DNA of 64,000 nt from Candidatus Cloacimonadota bacterium. Lineage in GTDB: Bacteria; Cloacimonadota; Cloacimonadia; G963667145. A model generated the notes under the pieces. The model was not told the origin of the DNA, searched no databases, and worked only from the letters and a program-made list of their open reading frames with translations. This document shows positions 55,385-64,000 of this stretch, piece after piece. Numbering within the stretch: the stretch's first letter is position 1; each line of letters starts with the position of its first letter. The stretch covers positions 512,001 through 576,000 of the forward strand of contig OY762940.1 of NCBI GenBank assembly GCA_963667255.1, written 5' to 3'. The position numbers and the translations under genes are program-made.

Positions 55385-55579
55385 ATGAAAGCAAATTATA
55401 TTGTAAATAATGAATTTGTTTTACCAAGTGAAAATATCTTGCAAAATGAAATATTTGATAATCAAATTGCAAAGTATGTTGAGAAGGATGATGTTGTTGC
55501 GGTATTGAGTTCTATTCCACTTTTCTTGTTGGAATATCTTGGAGTCGAAAGTTTGGTAAAACAAATTTCAGAAAGTTAA
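55385..55579 (+). CDS. Possible small hypothetical protein or gene remnant (64 aa)
   Basis: AT-rich ORF MKANYIVNNEF...KQISES from ATG 55385; no recognisable motif. The upstream extension in the ORF track runs through REP DNA. Confidence 0.3.
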   Translation: MKANYIVNNEFVLPSENILQNEIFDNQIAKYVEKDDVVAVLSSIPLFLLEYLGVESLVKQISES

Positions 55580-55677
55580 ATTTTCCTACTTCAAAATTTC
55601 CTTGACACGCTTAGCTCATTACAAATCTAAACAATAAGCACAATCGTGTTACATCACACTTAAGGATTTGGACAGTA

Positions 55678-58266
55678 GTGAAAAAATTAACAAGCAGTCA
55701 ATTGCGAAAAAGTTTCATAGATTTTTTTATCAGTAAAGGACACAAATTCGTTCCTTCCTCTTCTGTAGTTCCACAGGATGACCCTACTTTGCTCTTCGCC
55801 AATGCAGGTATGAACCAGTTCAAGAACATATTTTTGGGGCTGGAGCAGCCCGAGTATCCCCGAGTGGCGAACTCACAAAAATGCATCAGAGCGGGTGGCA
55901 AGCACAACGATTTGGAAGATGTGGGCAAAGATGGCTATCATCACACTTTCTTCGAGATGTTGGGCAACTGGTCGTTTGCTGACTACTACAAAAAAGAGGC
56001 TATCCAGTGGGCTTGGGAGTTTCTGACGGAAGTGTTGGAGTTGCCCAAAGACAAGCTGTATGCCACTGTCCACACGAGCGACCAAGAGGCTTTCGATTTG
56101 TGGGCGAGCTGCACGGACATCAATCCGAAGCACATCGAATTTCACGGAGATAAGGACAACTTCTGGGAAATGGGGGCGACTGGTCCCTGCGGTCCCTGCT
56201 CGGAGATTCATATCGATTTGGGCGAAGACGAGTGCAATCTGCAAACTACCGCTGGGCATACTTGCCGAGTGAATGGCGATTGTCATCGTTTCGTGGAGCT
56301 GTGGAATTTGGTTTTTATCCAATATCAGCGGATTGAGGACGGCTCGCTTGTGGATTTGCAGAACAAATATGTCGATACCGGAGCAGGCTTGGAGCGGATT
56401 GCCAGAGTTATTCAGGGTGTGCCGAGCAATTATGACACGGATATTTTTACGCCGATTATCGCCAAGGTTCGCGGGATTTCTGCGGTTGAAGATGAGGTCG
56501 CTTTTCGCGTAATCGCCGACCACATCAGAGCGTTGACTTTTGCTCTGGCTGATGGCGGTATCCCGTCTAACGAGGGCAGAGGCTATGTTTTGCGGAGGAT
56601 TTTGCGGAGAGCTTGTCGTTTTGGTCGGGTCATCGGTCTCACAGAGCCTTTCCTGTTTGGTTTGGTCGATGTTGTGGTGGATGCAATGGGCGAGCATTAC
56701 ACGGAGATTGGCGAGAAGTGCGATTACATCAAGATGATAATAACGGCGGAGGAAGAGCGGTTCAACAAGACTCTGGACAAGGGTTTGATTAAGTTTGAGG
56801 AGATTGTCGCTTCGGGCAAGGACATCTGCGGTGCAGATGCGTTTTTGCTTTACGACACCTTCGGTTTTCCTCTAGACCTCACTGCTCTGATGGCGGAGGA
56901 GAAAGGGCTGAGAGTTGATTTGGTTGGCTTTGAGAAGTGTATGGACGAGCAAAAACAGAGGGCGAGAGATGCGGCGAAGTTCGACCAAGGCTCTTCCGAG
57001 TTACAGGGCGATATTTCGGCTGTTGCTCCGAGTGAGTTTGTCGGCTACGATGAGTTGGCGACCACATCCACAGTTGTTTTTGCAGAGGAGGAAGAGAGTA
57101 GCCAGTGGGTCGTTGCTCTGGACAAAACGCCTTTTTATGCGACTTCCGGCGGACAAATTTGTGATATTGGCGAGGTAGTCGGTGCAGATTGGTCGTTGAC
57201 TGTGCGAGATGTTTTCAAGGTTGGCAAGGTCATTTTCCATCGTGGCGAGTTGCAGGGGAAATCTGCGAATGTCGGCGATGTGGCAGAGGCTACTATTGAC
57301 AAGGGCAGACGGGAAATCATCAGCACGCATCATACGGCTACGCACATTTTGCAGTCAATTCTCAAGAAAAATTTGGGCGAGTTTGTTCGTCAGAAAGGTT
57401 CGCAAGTAACGGAAGACGGCTTGCGGTTTGACTTTGTGTGTATGGACAAGATTCCTGCCGAGCAGTTGCAAAAGATAGAGAACGAGATAAACGAAGTTTC
57501 GCGGGCTTGTTTGCCTGTGAACACAAGACAGATGGAGCTGGACGAGGCGAAGAGCGAGGGTGCTTTGGCGTTTTTCGATGAGAATTACGGCGAAAAAGTC
57601 AGAGTTGTGAATGTCGGCGATGTGTCTATGGAGCTTTGCGGTGGCACACATTTGAGCAATAGCGGGCAAATCGGCTTGTTCAAGATAGTTTCCGAGGGCT
57701 CAGTGGCAGCGGGCATCAGGCGGATTTCGGCGGTTTGTGCCCAAAAGGCTTTGGACTATTGCCTCGGCAAAGAAAATCTGCTGAACGAGTTGTCGGGGAA
57801 GTTGGGCTCTTCGCTCGATAAATTGCCCGAGAAAGCCGAAAGTTTGGTGCAAGAGCGGAAGAGCTTGTTGAGAGAGGTCGAGAGTCTGAACGACAGATTG
57901 GTCTCTTCCCGATTGACAGATTTTCTGTCAGACAAGCAAGTTATAGGCAACATCAGCGTTGCGGCTGGGTATCTGTCCGAGAACTCCGATTTGAAGAAGA
58001 GCGTGCCGATTTTGCTTGATAAGTTGGGAGAAGGTTTGGTGGTGTTGGTCTCGCCCAAAGACGAGAAACTCTCCATCGGTGTGGGTGTCTCAAAAGGGGT
58101 TGTGCCGAGAGTGAAAGCTGGCGATGTCATCAGAGAGATTGCTTCCGTTTTCGGTGGCAAAGGTGGTGGCAGACCGGAGTTGGCTTTTGGTGCAGGGAAT
58201 CTTCTCAAGAGTGGAGAGCCGGAAATCTTGAACTTGATTAAGAAGAGATTAACAGAGATATTATAA
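55678..58266 (+). CDS. alaS: Alanine--tRNA ligase
   Basis: DPTLLFANAGMNQFK, HHTFFEMLGNWSF, GPCGPCSEI, DTGAGLER, GRGYVLRRILRRA, editing-domain HTATH and ELCGGTH, C-terminal GGKGGG. Confidence 0.98.
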   Translation: MKKLTSSQLRKSFIDFFISKGHKFVPSSSVVPQDDPTLLFANAGMNQFKNIFLGLEQPEYPRVANSQKCIRAGGKHNDLEDVGKDGYHHTFFEMLGNWSFADYYKKEAIQWAWEFLTEVLELPKDKLYATVHTSDQEAFDLWASCTDINPKHIEFHGDKDNFWEMGATGPCGPCSEIHIDLGEDECNLQTTAGHTCRVNGDCHRFVELWNLVFIQYQRIEDGSLVDLQNKYVDTGAGLERIARVIQGVPSNYDTDIFTPIIAKVRGISAVEDEVAFRVIADHIRALTFALADGGIPSNEGRGYVLRRILRRACRFGRVIGLTEPFLFGLVDVVVDAMGEHYTEIGEKCDYIKMIITAEEERFNKTLDKGLIKFEEIVASGKDICGADAFLLYDTFGFPLDLTALMAEEKGLRVDLVGFEKCMDEQKQRARDAAKFDQGSSELQGDISAVAPSEFVGYDELATTSTVVFAEEEESSQWVVALDKTPFYATSGGQICDIGEVVGADWSLTVRDVFKVGKVIFHRGELQGKSANVGDVAEATIDKGRREIISTHHTATHILQSILKKNLGEFVRQKGSQVTEDGLRFDFVCMDKIPAEQLQKIENEINEVSRACLPVNTRQMELDEAKSEGALAFFDENYGEKVRVVNVGDVSMELCGGTHLSNSGQIGLFKIVSEGSVAAGIRRISAVCAQKALDYCLGKENLLNELSGKLGSSLDKLPEKAESLVQERKSLLREVESLNDRLVSSRLTDFLSDKQVIGNISVAAGYLSENSDLKKSVPILLDKLGEGLVVLVSPKDEKLSIGVGVSKGVVPRVKAGDVIREIASVFGGKGGGRPELAFGAGNLLKSGEPEILNLIKKRLTEIL

Positions 58267-58281
58267 ATTTGGCAAAATATT

Positions 58282-59502
58282 ATGAGAAACAGTAGCAGAG
58301 ACAATTGGTGGCAAACGGCTTTCTTTTATCAGCCGAGAGCAAATCTGAAATTTAGGCAGCTGGCTCAACAGGTGGTCAGATACAAGCAGATGGGCGTTGA
58401 TGCTGTCTATTTGGATGAGGTTTTGGATGCCGATTATCCCTATGGTGCTGTGAACAATTTTTACAAATTTAGTGCTGACAAGGGCGAAAAGGAAGATTTT
58501 CTCTCTATGTTGGATGCTTTTCATCGGGAAGAGATTGCGGTTGTCGTCAGGATGCGGGTAGATTGCACGACTCTTGAGAATAACCTTTTCAAACTCGAAG
58601 AGACACGGAATGAGTGTTACCCTATTTCCGAGGAGGTCGGTCCGTGGAAAGACGAAAATGGCAAATCTCTGTGGCATGGATATGGGGGCAAATTTTATTT
58701 GAGTCACCACGGCGAGGGTTATCCGCTGTTGGATTGGCACAGTCCTGTTTTGCGAGCCAAGATGGGCAAAGCTGTGCGGTATTTGCTAAACTTGGGGATT
58801 GACGGCATCGTTTTTGCGGGGATTGACAGCTGTATGTATGATTCGCAGGGCAACGACGACTATCGGACTCTTACCGATTTGAACCTCAAAGTTGTTCGCT
58901 TTTTACGAGATTTGGTCGCTGAACGCGGAAATTGTTGCTCTCTCGGAGAGTTGGACTCTTCGGCAACGGCTGACAAATATGAGAAATATTCGTTCAAATC
59001 TTTCAACTTGCTGTTTCGCCAGTTGGAGCGAAGTGATAGTTTGGAAGTTTTGGACAATCTTTTGGATAGTGGGAAGAGGAAATTTCTCTACTTTGCCACT
59101 GAAGACAGTCGATTTTCGGAGAGTTTGGAGAAATGTTTTTTGGCTTACGCACTTTGCAGTTCGGACAATTTTCTATTGCAAGATAATTTATCGGAAAATA
59201 AATTGCAAATGTATAAGGATGACAAATTCTTTGCGTTTATCCTTGCACTGCGGAAGAACGCTGTTTTGGGGATTGACAAGCTGGAGTGTGCCGACAAATT
59301 TCGTGGATTTTTGCTCAAAGGTGCCGAGAGAGCGATTGTTGTGGGTATAAATTTTGGCGAGAAAGAGTTTGTGTGGAAGGACATTGCCACAGACGATTTG
59401 GTGTTGCAATCGCTTGACTTCTTAGGATTTGCGGACAGCAAGATTGAGGGCAAAAATGTAGTAGTCGCACCGATGAGTTTGATAATCGGAGAGATTAGTT
59501 AG
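58282..59502 (+). CDS. GH13 alpha-amylase-family-like protein, degenerate catalytic motifs
   Basis: WWQTAFFYQ, GVDAVYL, G..EDF..ML..FH...I.VV, FYLSHH...YPLLDW..P.LR and GIDG recall oligo-1,6-glucosidase/trehalose-synthase-type GH13, but the conserved catalytic regions are altered. Confidence 0.75.
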   Translation: MRNSSRDNWWQTAFFYQPRANLKFRQLAQQVVRYKQMGVDAVYLDEVLDADYPYGAVNNFYKFSADKGEKEDFLSMLDAFHREEIAVVVRMRVDCTTLENNLFKLEETRNECYPISEEVGPWKDENGKSLWHGYGGKFYLSHHGEGYPLLDWHSPVLRAKMGKAVRYLLNLGIDGIVFAGIDSCMYDSQGNDDYRTLTDLNLKVVRFLRDLVAERGNCCSLGELDSSATADKYEKYSFKSFNLLFRQLERSDSLEVLDNLLDSGKRKFLYFATEDSRFSESLEKCFLAYALCSSDNFLLQDNLSENKLQMYKDDKFFAFILALRKNAVLGIDKLECADKFRGFLLKGAERAIVVGINFGEKEFVWKDIATDDLVLQSLDFLGFADSKIEGKNVVVAPMSLIIGEIS

Positions 59503-60222
59503 ATGATAAACAAGAGTTTTGTTACGAATTTTTTGAGCGGGTGTTTGGTTTTAGTTGGCTTGTTTGTGCCGTTTGCGGAGGAGTACCAATTGTGCAAAGA
59601 GGTAATTTTCACGGTTGGTCTTTTTGCTTTTTCGGGGGGCATCACCAACTGGATTGCTGTCTATATGCTTTTTGAGAAAGTGCCCGGATTGTATGGCTCG
59701 GGTGTTATTCCGTCGCGATTTCAGGAGTTCAAAGAGGGCATCAAAAATTTGATGATGAACCAGTTTTTTACCAAAGAGAATGTGGACAAATTTTTGAACG
59801 GCTCCGGCATTGAGCGGATAGATTTGATGCCGATAATCGAGGATACCGATTTTAACCCGATGTTTGATGCTCTGGTCAAATCCATTTTGGAGTCGTCGTT
59901 CGGGGGAATGATAGCCATGGTTGGCGGTTCTGCCGTGTTGGAGACTTTGCGTGAGCCTGTCGTGGTCAGACTAAAAGATGCCACTGTGAATATGGTCTCT
60001 TCGGAGGAGTTTCATCGGAGGATTGCCGAAAAATTGGTGAAAAAAGATGATGACATTTTGGAGAAAATTTCTACGATAGTGCAAAAGAGGCTCGATGAAC
60101 TTACGCCAGATTTGGTAAAAAAAATAATTCAGGATATGATAAGAAAACATTTGGGATGGCTTGTAGTGTGGGGTGGAGTTTTTGGCGGTTTGATAGGCTT
60201 TACCACGGTTTTTTTGAGATAA
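59503..60222 (+). CDS. DUF445/UPF0754-like membrane protein
   Basis: FAFSGGITNWIAVYMLF...GVIP.R and C-terminal IQDMIRKHLGWLVVWGGVFGGLIG. Confidence 0.8.
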   Translation: MINKSFVTNFLSGCLVLVGLFVPFAEEYQLCKEVIFTVGLFAFSGGITNWIAVYMLFEKVPGLYGSGVIPSRFQEFKEGIKNLMMNQFFTKENVDKFLNGSGIERIDLMPIIEDTDFNPMFDALVKSILESSFGGMIAMVGGSAVLETLREPVVVRLKDATVNMVSSEEFHRRIAEKLVKKDDDILEKISTIVQKRLDELTPDLVKKIIQDMIRKHLGWLVVWGGVFGGLIGFTTVFLR

Positions 60223-60235
60223 AAAGGGGAAAGAG

Positions 60236-61255
60236 ATGTTTGATAAATTGTTAAGTTTGTTTACTAAAGATATTGTGATAGATTTGGGCACCGCCAATAC
60301 TTTGATTTATGTCAAAGACGAGGGCGTTGTGCTGGATGAGCCGTCGATAGTTGCTGTCTCTACCAAGGATAAGAAGAAGGTGAGTTTTGGTAGGGAAGCC
60401 AAAAAGATGTTGGGGAAAAATCCCGATTTGATAGAGGTGACCAGACCTTTGCAAGACGGTGTGATTGCCGATTTTGCGATTACGGAGCTGATGCTTAAGT
60501 TTTTCATCAAAAAGGCTTTGGGGAAGAGATTTTTGATTAAGCCAAAAGTTATCGTTTGCATTCCATCGGGCATCACCGAGGTGGAGAAAAGAGCTGTGAA
60601 AGACAGTGTTCTGAACTCCGGAGCCAGAGAGGTTTACTTGATTTCCGAGCCTGTAGCAGCTGCTTTGGGAGCGGGTATTCCCATTACAGAGCCACAGGGC
60701 AACTTGGTGATAGACATAGGTGGCGGGACTACGGAGATAGCTGTGTTGTCGTTGTCCAATATCGTTGCTCACAACTCTATCCGCATTGCCGGAGACAAGA
60801 TGAACGATGCGATAGTGAACTATTTGCGACTGAAGAAGAAAGTTTTTGTGGGCTTGCTGACCGCTGAGGAAATCAAGCAGAAAGTCGGCTCTGCCATCAA
60901 AGTCGATGACGAGTTGGAGATGGTGGTCAAAGGGAGAGATTTGGTTTCCGGTTTGCCTATCAAGTTCAAGGTTACTTCCAATATGATACAAGAGGCTTTG
61001 GCGGACACTGTGCAAAAAATCGTGAGTGCCGTTTTGCAACTGTTTGAGATGACACCTGCGGAACTCACTGCGGACATAGCGGAAAATGGACTGTTTCTCA
61101 CAGGTGGTGGAGCACTTCTCAAGAATTTGGACACCAAGTTGCGACAAGAGACGAATTTGCCCATTCATGTTGTCCCCGAGCCTTTGACTTGCGTAGTGCG
61201 AGGGACTGGCAAAGTGATGGAGAATTTTTCCGAGTATTCAGCCGTTTTGATATAA
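60236..61255 (+). CDS. mreB: Rod shape-determining protein MreB
   Basis: IDLGTANTL, EPSIVA, RPLQDGVIADF, ITEVEKRAV, DIGGGTTE, LTGGGALL. Confidence 0.97.
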   Translation: MFDKLLSLFTKDIVIDLGTANTLIYVKDEGVVLDEPSIVAVSTKDKKKVSFGREAKKMLGKNPDLIEVTRPLQDGVIADFAITELMLKFFIKKALGKRFLIKPKVIVCIPSGITEVEKRAVKDSVLNSGAREVYLISEPVAAALGAGIPITEPQGNLVIDIGGGTTEIAVLSLSNIVAHNSIRIAGDKMNDAIVNYLRLKKKVFVGLLTAEEIKQKVGSAIKVDDELEMVVKGRDLVSGLPIKFKVTSNMIQEALADTVQKIVSAVLQLFEMTPAELTADIAENGLFLTGGGALLKNLDTKLRQETNLPIHVVPEPLTCVVRGTGKVMENFSEYSAVLI

Positions 61256-61265
61256 TTAACTTCTA

Positions 61266-62003
61266 ATGAAATATAGATTCCAATTGTTTGTTTTGATTAT
61301 TTTCAGTTTTTTTGTGTTGTTTTCTGGCAGTGCGACGAAGACCTCAATAGCCGATTTTTTCCGCAAATACTTGTATCTCCCCGTTGTTTCTTCTTTTGAA
61401 AGTCTTGAGTCCAAAAGCAAGCTGATAGAAGAAAATAAGAGGTTGCAAGAGCTTAATCGGGAGCTTTTGACACAGAATCTAGCGTATCGCGACCAACAAT
61501 TGGCTTTGGAAAAGAGAGATTTGGAGAAACGAGGCTTGCAACTCGCCACCGTGGTGGGAGTGATGGGCACTTACAATCAGAAAATTTTGGTTTTGGACAT
61601 CGGCTCGCTACAAGGGGTAAAGATAAACTCCCCCGTTTTCACTTCCCAAGGAGTGGTGGGTAAAGTCGTTTCAATTCAACTAAATACATGTCAGGTGCTT
61701 CCTCTTACCAATGTGGAATTTCACCTGAGCGTCAAATCGCAAAGAAGTAAGATTCAGGGTGTGCTGACCTCTTCTTTGGACGGCACGCTGTTTGTGGATA
61801 TGATAGATTTTGGGGCGGATTTGCGAGCCGACGACTTGTTCATCACATCCAATTTATCTACGATTTTCCCAGAAGGGTTTAAGGTCGGCTTTGTGCAGTT
61901 TCTGCGGACTTCGGACTATGGGAATAGATTGCAAGCGGTTATCAAGCCTATCGTGAATATCAATAGCTTAGAGACTGTGTATTTGCTAAAAGAGGGCAAG
62001 TAG
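61266..62003 (+). CDS. mreC: Rod shape-determining protein MreC
   Basis: N-terminal TM, coiled coil (EENKRLQ), LDIGSLQGV, GVVGKV, TS.L..IFPEG..VG; follows mreB. Confidence 0.9.
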   Translation: MKYRFQLFVLIIFSFFVLFSGSATKTSIADFFRKYLYLPVVSSFESLESKSKLIEENKRLQELNRELLTQNLAYRDQQLALEKRDLEKRGLQLATVVGVMGTYNQKILVLDIGSLQGVKINSPVFTSQGVVGKVVSIQLNTCQVLPLTNVEFHLSVKSQRSKIQGVLTSSLDGTLFVDMIDFGADLRADDLFITSNLSTIFPEGFKVGFVQFLRTSDYGNRLQAVIKPIVNINSLETVYLLKEGK

Positions 62004-62005
62004 TA

Positions 62006-62506
62006 ATGAGAAATTTTAGAATTTTGGTGATGGCTGTCGTTGTGTTGTATTTGCAAATATTCTTTGCGACTTTCTTGGATTTTTCTCAATGTTTGTCCAA
62101 CTTCTTGTTGCCGTTCGTTGTTTTGCTCTATGCTGTTTGGGGTAGCAGTAGGAAAACGGTTTGGCTACTTTTCTTCTTGGGTTTCGGATACGATATCTTT
62201 AATTCTATGTATTTAGGGTTTTCTCCGTTTGTTCTGCTGATTTGCTTGGTAATCTCTTCCCAGCTGTTTTTGTATTTCAATGTTCGCAATTTCTCCTCTT
62301 GCCTTTTGGTCTTGTTTGTGATTACCGTTTTTTATCAGATTGCCTACTATTTTATTTTTGTTTTGTTGTCCGCCGATTCCATTCAAGTCGGGAATTTGCA
62401 GATGATTACTTATTCCCTTTGTTCGCTGATTTCCAATACGGTCATTTTTATTATTTTGGATTTGGCTTACCATTTGCGTTTCGTTCTCCATGAAAAATCA
62501 AGATAG
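62006..62506 (+). CDS. mreD: Rod shape-determining protein MreD
   Basis: 166-aa very hydrophobic protein with FFLGFGYDI...LG motif, between mreC and the PBP2 gene. Confidence 0.8.
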   Translation: MRNFRILVMAVVVLYLQIFFATFLDFSQCLSNFLLPFVVLLYAVWGSSRKTVWLLFFLGFGYDIFNSMYLGFSPFVLLICLVISSQLFLYFNVRNFSSCLLVLFVITVFYQIAYYFIFVLLSADSIQVGNLQMITYSLCSLISNTVIFIILDLAYHLRFVLHEKSR

Positions 62507-64000
62507 ATTAAAAGTTTTCTTCTTCCTAATTTTCCTCTGCTTTTTGGTTTTTCTCGCCAGATTAATGTGGATGCAGATAAAACTCGGGGAATATTATCAA
62601 GAGGTTGCCCAAAGCAATAGTTTCACAAAGAGGATTGTTCCCCCGCAAAGAGGTATGATTTATGACCGCAGATTTCGACCTTTGGCAATGAACCGTCCGT
62701 CTATTAACCTCTATATTCATCCGGACAAAGTGGACAAGTTGTCGAGATACACCGACTTTTTGTTTCCCATTTTTGGCTCTGATAGCAGTGCGTTTGCGAT
62801 TAGTTTGAGCAAAAAACTCTCCGAAAATAGTTCCAATATTCTTTTGCAGGAAGATTTGGAGTATTTGCAATTTGTCAAGATTGCGGAGAATTTGAACAAC
62901 TATCCAGCGATAGAGATAAAAAACGAGAGCAGAAGAAAATACGCCATAAAATCGCATTTTCTTGGGTATGTTCGCAGTATCGATGCTGACGAATACAAAG
63001 AGCTGAGGGAATCGGACTACTCTTTGAATAGTTTCATCGGTAAAAGAGGCTTGGAAAAGCAGTATGAAACACTTTTGCGAGGTAAACCTGGTTACAAATT
63101 GGAGCAGAAGGACGCTTTCGGCAGGACTTCGGGGTTGGTTGCTGAGGGGCTAAAGGTGCAGAATGGCAAGTCTTTGGTTTTGAGTATTGATATGGACTTG
63201 CAAAACTATATCGGCGACTGCTTTGCGGGTAAAGACTACAAAGGTTTTATCGGGGTGATGGATGCCACTACAGGCGGTATTTTGGCTTATGTCAGTTTGC
63301 CTCAGTATGACAACAATTTGCTAAATCAGACTATTAGCCGAGATGTTTGGCTTTCGCTACTTAACGATACTCTAAATCCGCTTTTGGATAGAGGAGTAGG
63401 TGCTGTTTATCCTCCGGGTTCTATATTCAAGCCTATACCGGCTTCGCTCGGGTTGGAAGAAAACATTATCGATGAAAATACCACTTTGACTAAATGCACA
63501 GGTTCTTTCCGTTATGGAGGTAATGTTTTTAGATGTTGGGACCATAGTGGGCATGGGTCTCTTAATGTGGTTGGTGCTTTGAAACACTCTTGTGATGTGT
63601 TTTTTTATGATTTATCTCTGCGGTTGAATTTGGAAAATTTCCGCCAGTTTACCAAAGAAAACGGAATAACCGTGAAAACAGGGATAGATGTGCCAGACGA
63701 AGTTATGGGATTTTTCCCAAGTCGCTATTGGTATCTGAAGAAGTATCCTTTTACCTCATCGCAACAGGGTTTCAAAATCAACCTCTCTATCGGGCAAGGC
63801 GAATTACAGGTTACACCGATGCAGATGCTGGCGTATTACGGTGCTTTGGCTAACGGAGGAGTTTGGAGACAGCCACACTTTTTGAAAAAAGTGGTAGGCA
63901 ATTCGGACGACATTGAGTTCTCTTCTCGCCCATTGGAAATCTCGCAAAGCACGCTGGCTATCCTGGAGAGAGGTTTGTATGCGGTGGTAAACGACAAAGA
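62490..64000 (+). CDS. mrdA: Penicillin-binding protein 2 (3'-truncated)
   Basis: Read directly: MKNQDRLKVFFFLIFLCFLVFLARLMWMQI...PPQRGMIYDR, GKRGLEKQYE.LLRGKPG, YPPGSIFKP (SxxK at 63420), HSCDVFFY, SIGQGEL.VTPMQM; no stop before the window end. Confidence 0.93.
   Translation, partial: MKNQDRLKVFFFLIFLCFLVFLARLMWMQIKLGEYYQEVAQSNSFTKRIVPPQRGMIYDRRFRPLAMNRPSINLYIHPDKVDKLSRYTDFLFPIFGSDSSAFAISLSKKLSENSSNILLQEDLEYLQFVKIAENLNNYPAIEIKNESRRKYAIKSHFLGYVRSIDADEYKELRESDYSLNSFIGKRGLEKQYETLLRGKPGYKLEQKDAFGRTSGLVAEGLKVQNGKSLVLSIDMDLQNYIGDCFAGKDYKGFIGVMDATTGGILAYVSLPQYDNNLLNQTISRDVWLSLLNDTLNPLLDRGVGAVYPPGSIFKPIPASLGLEENIIDENTTLTKCTGSFRYGGNVFRCWDHSGHGSLNVVGALKHSCDVFFYDLSLRLNLENFRQFTKENGITVKTGIDVPDEVMGFFPSRYWYLKKYPFTSSQQGFKINLSIGQGELQVTPMQMLAYYGALANGGVWRQPHFLKKVVGNSDDIEFSSRPLEISQSTLAILERGLYAVVNDK

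Noticed and set aside
53561..61168. Long antisense ORFs opposite purH, alaS and mreB (263, 274 and 305 aa)
   Set aside because: They lie entirely opposite well-conserved genes and have no motifs of their own.

Overview
Bacterial chromosomal window; the lineage is not determinable with certainty (FCB-group/Cloacimonadota-like is my impression only). The first 47 kb hold two tandem, co-oriented, collinear paralogous giant genes. One is 5'-truncated (>4345 aa visible). The other is complete, 10,918 aa, with an N-terminal lipoprotein signal, a ~8,300-aa stalk of fibronectin-III-like modules and a ~2,600-aa Gly-rich GLUG-type C-terminal region. Both proteins are packed with D-(S/T)-hydrophobic tripeptides matching the Bacteroidota O-glycosylation sequon. 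The 1-kb spacer between them holds a terminator, REP-like palindromes, an AT-rich tract and a helically phased array of DnaA-box-like 9-mers. The remainder is mostly housekeeping: a minus-strand rpsT-ftsY-TPR-hypothetical-dapA-PHP cluster, then hypothetical-apt-purH, a convergent CPBP protease, a second REP cluster, alaS, an apparently catalytically dead GH13 protein, a DUF445-like protein and mreB-mreC-mreD-mrdA (truncated). I saw no rRNA, tRNA, CRISPR array or transposase. All counts are by hand and all family calls are by motif recognition, not database search.
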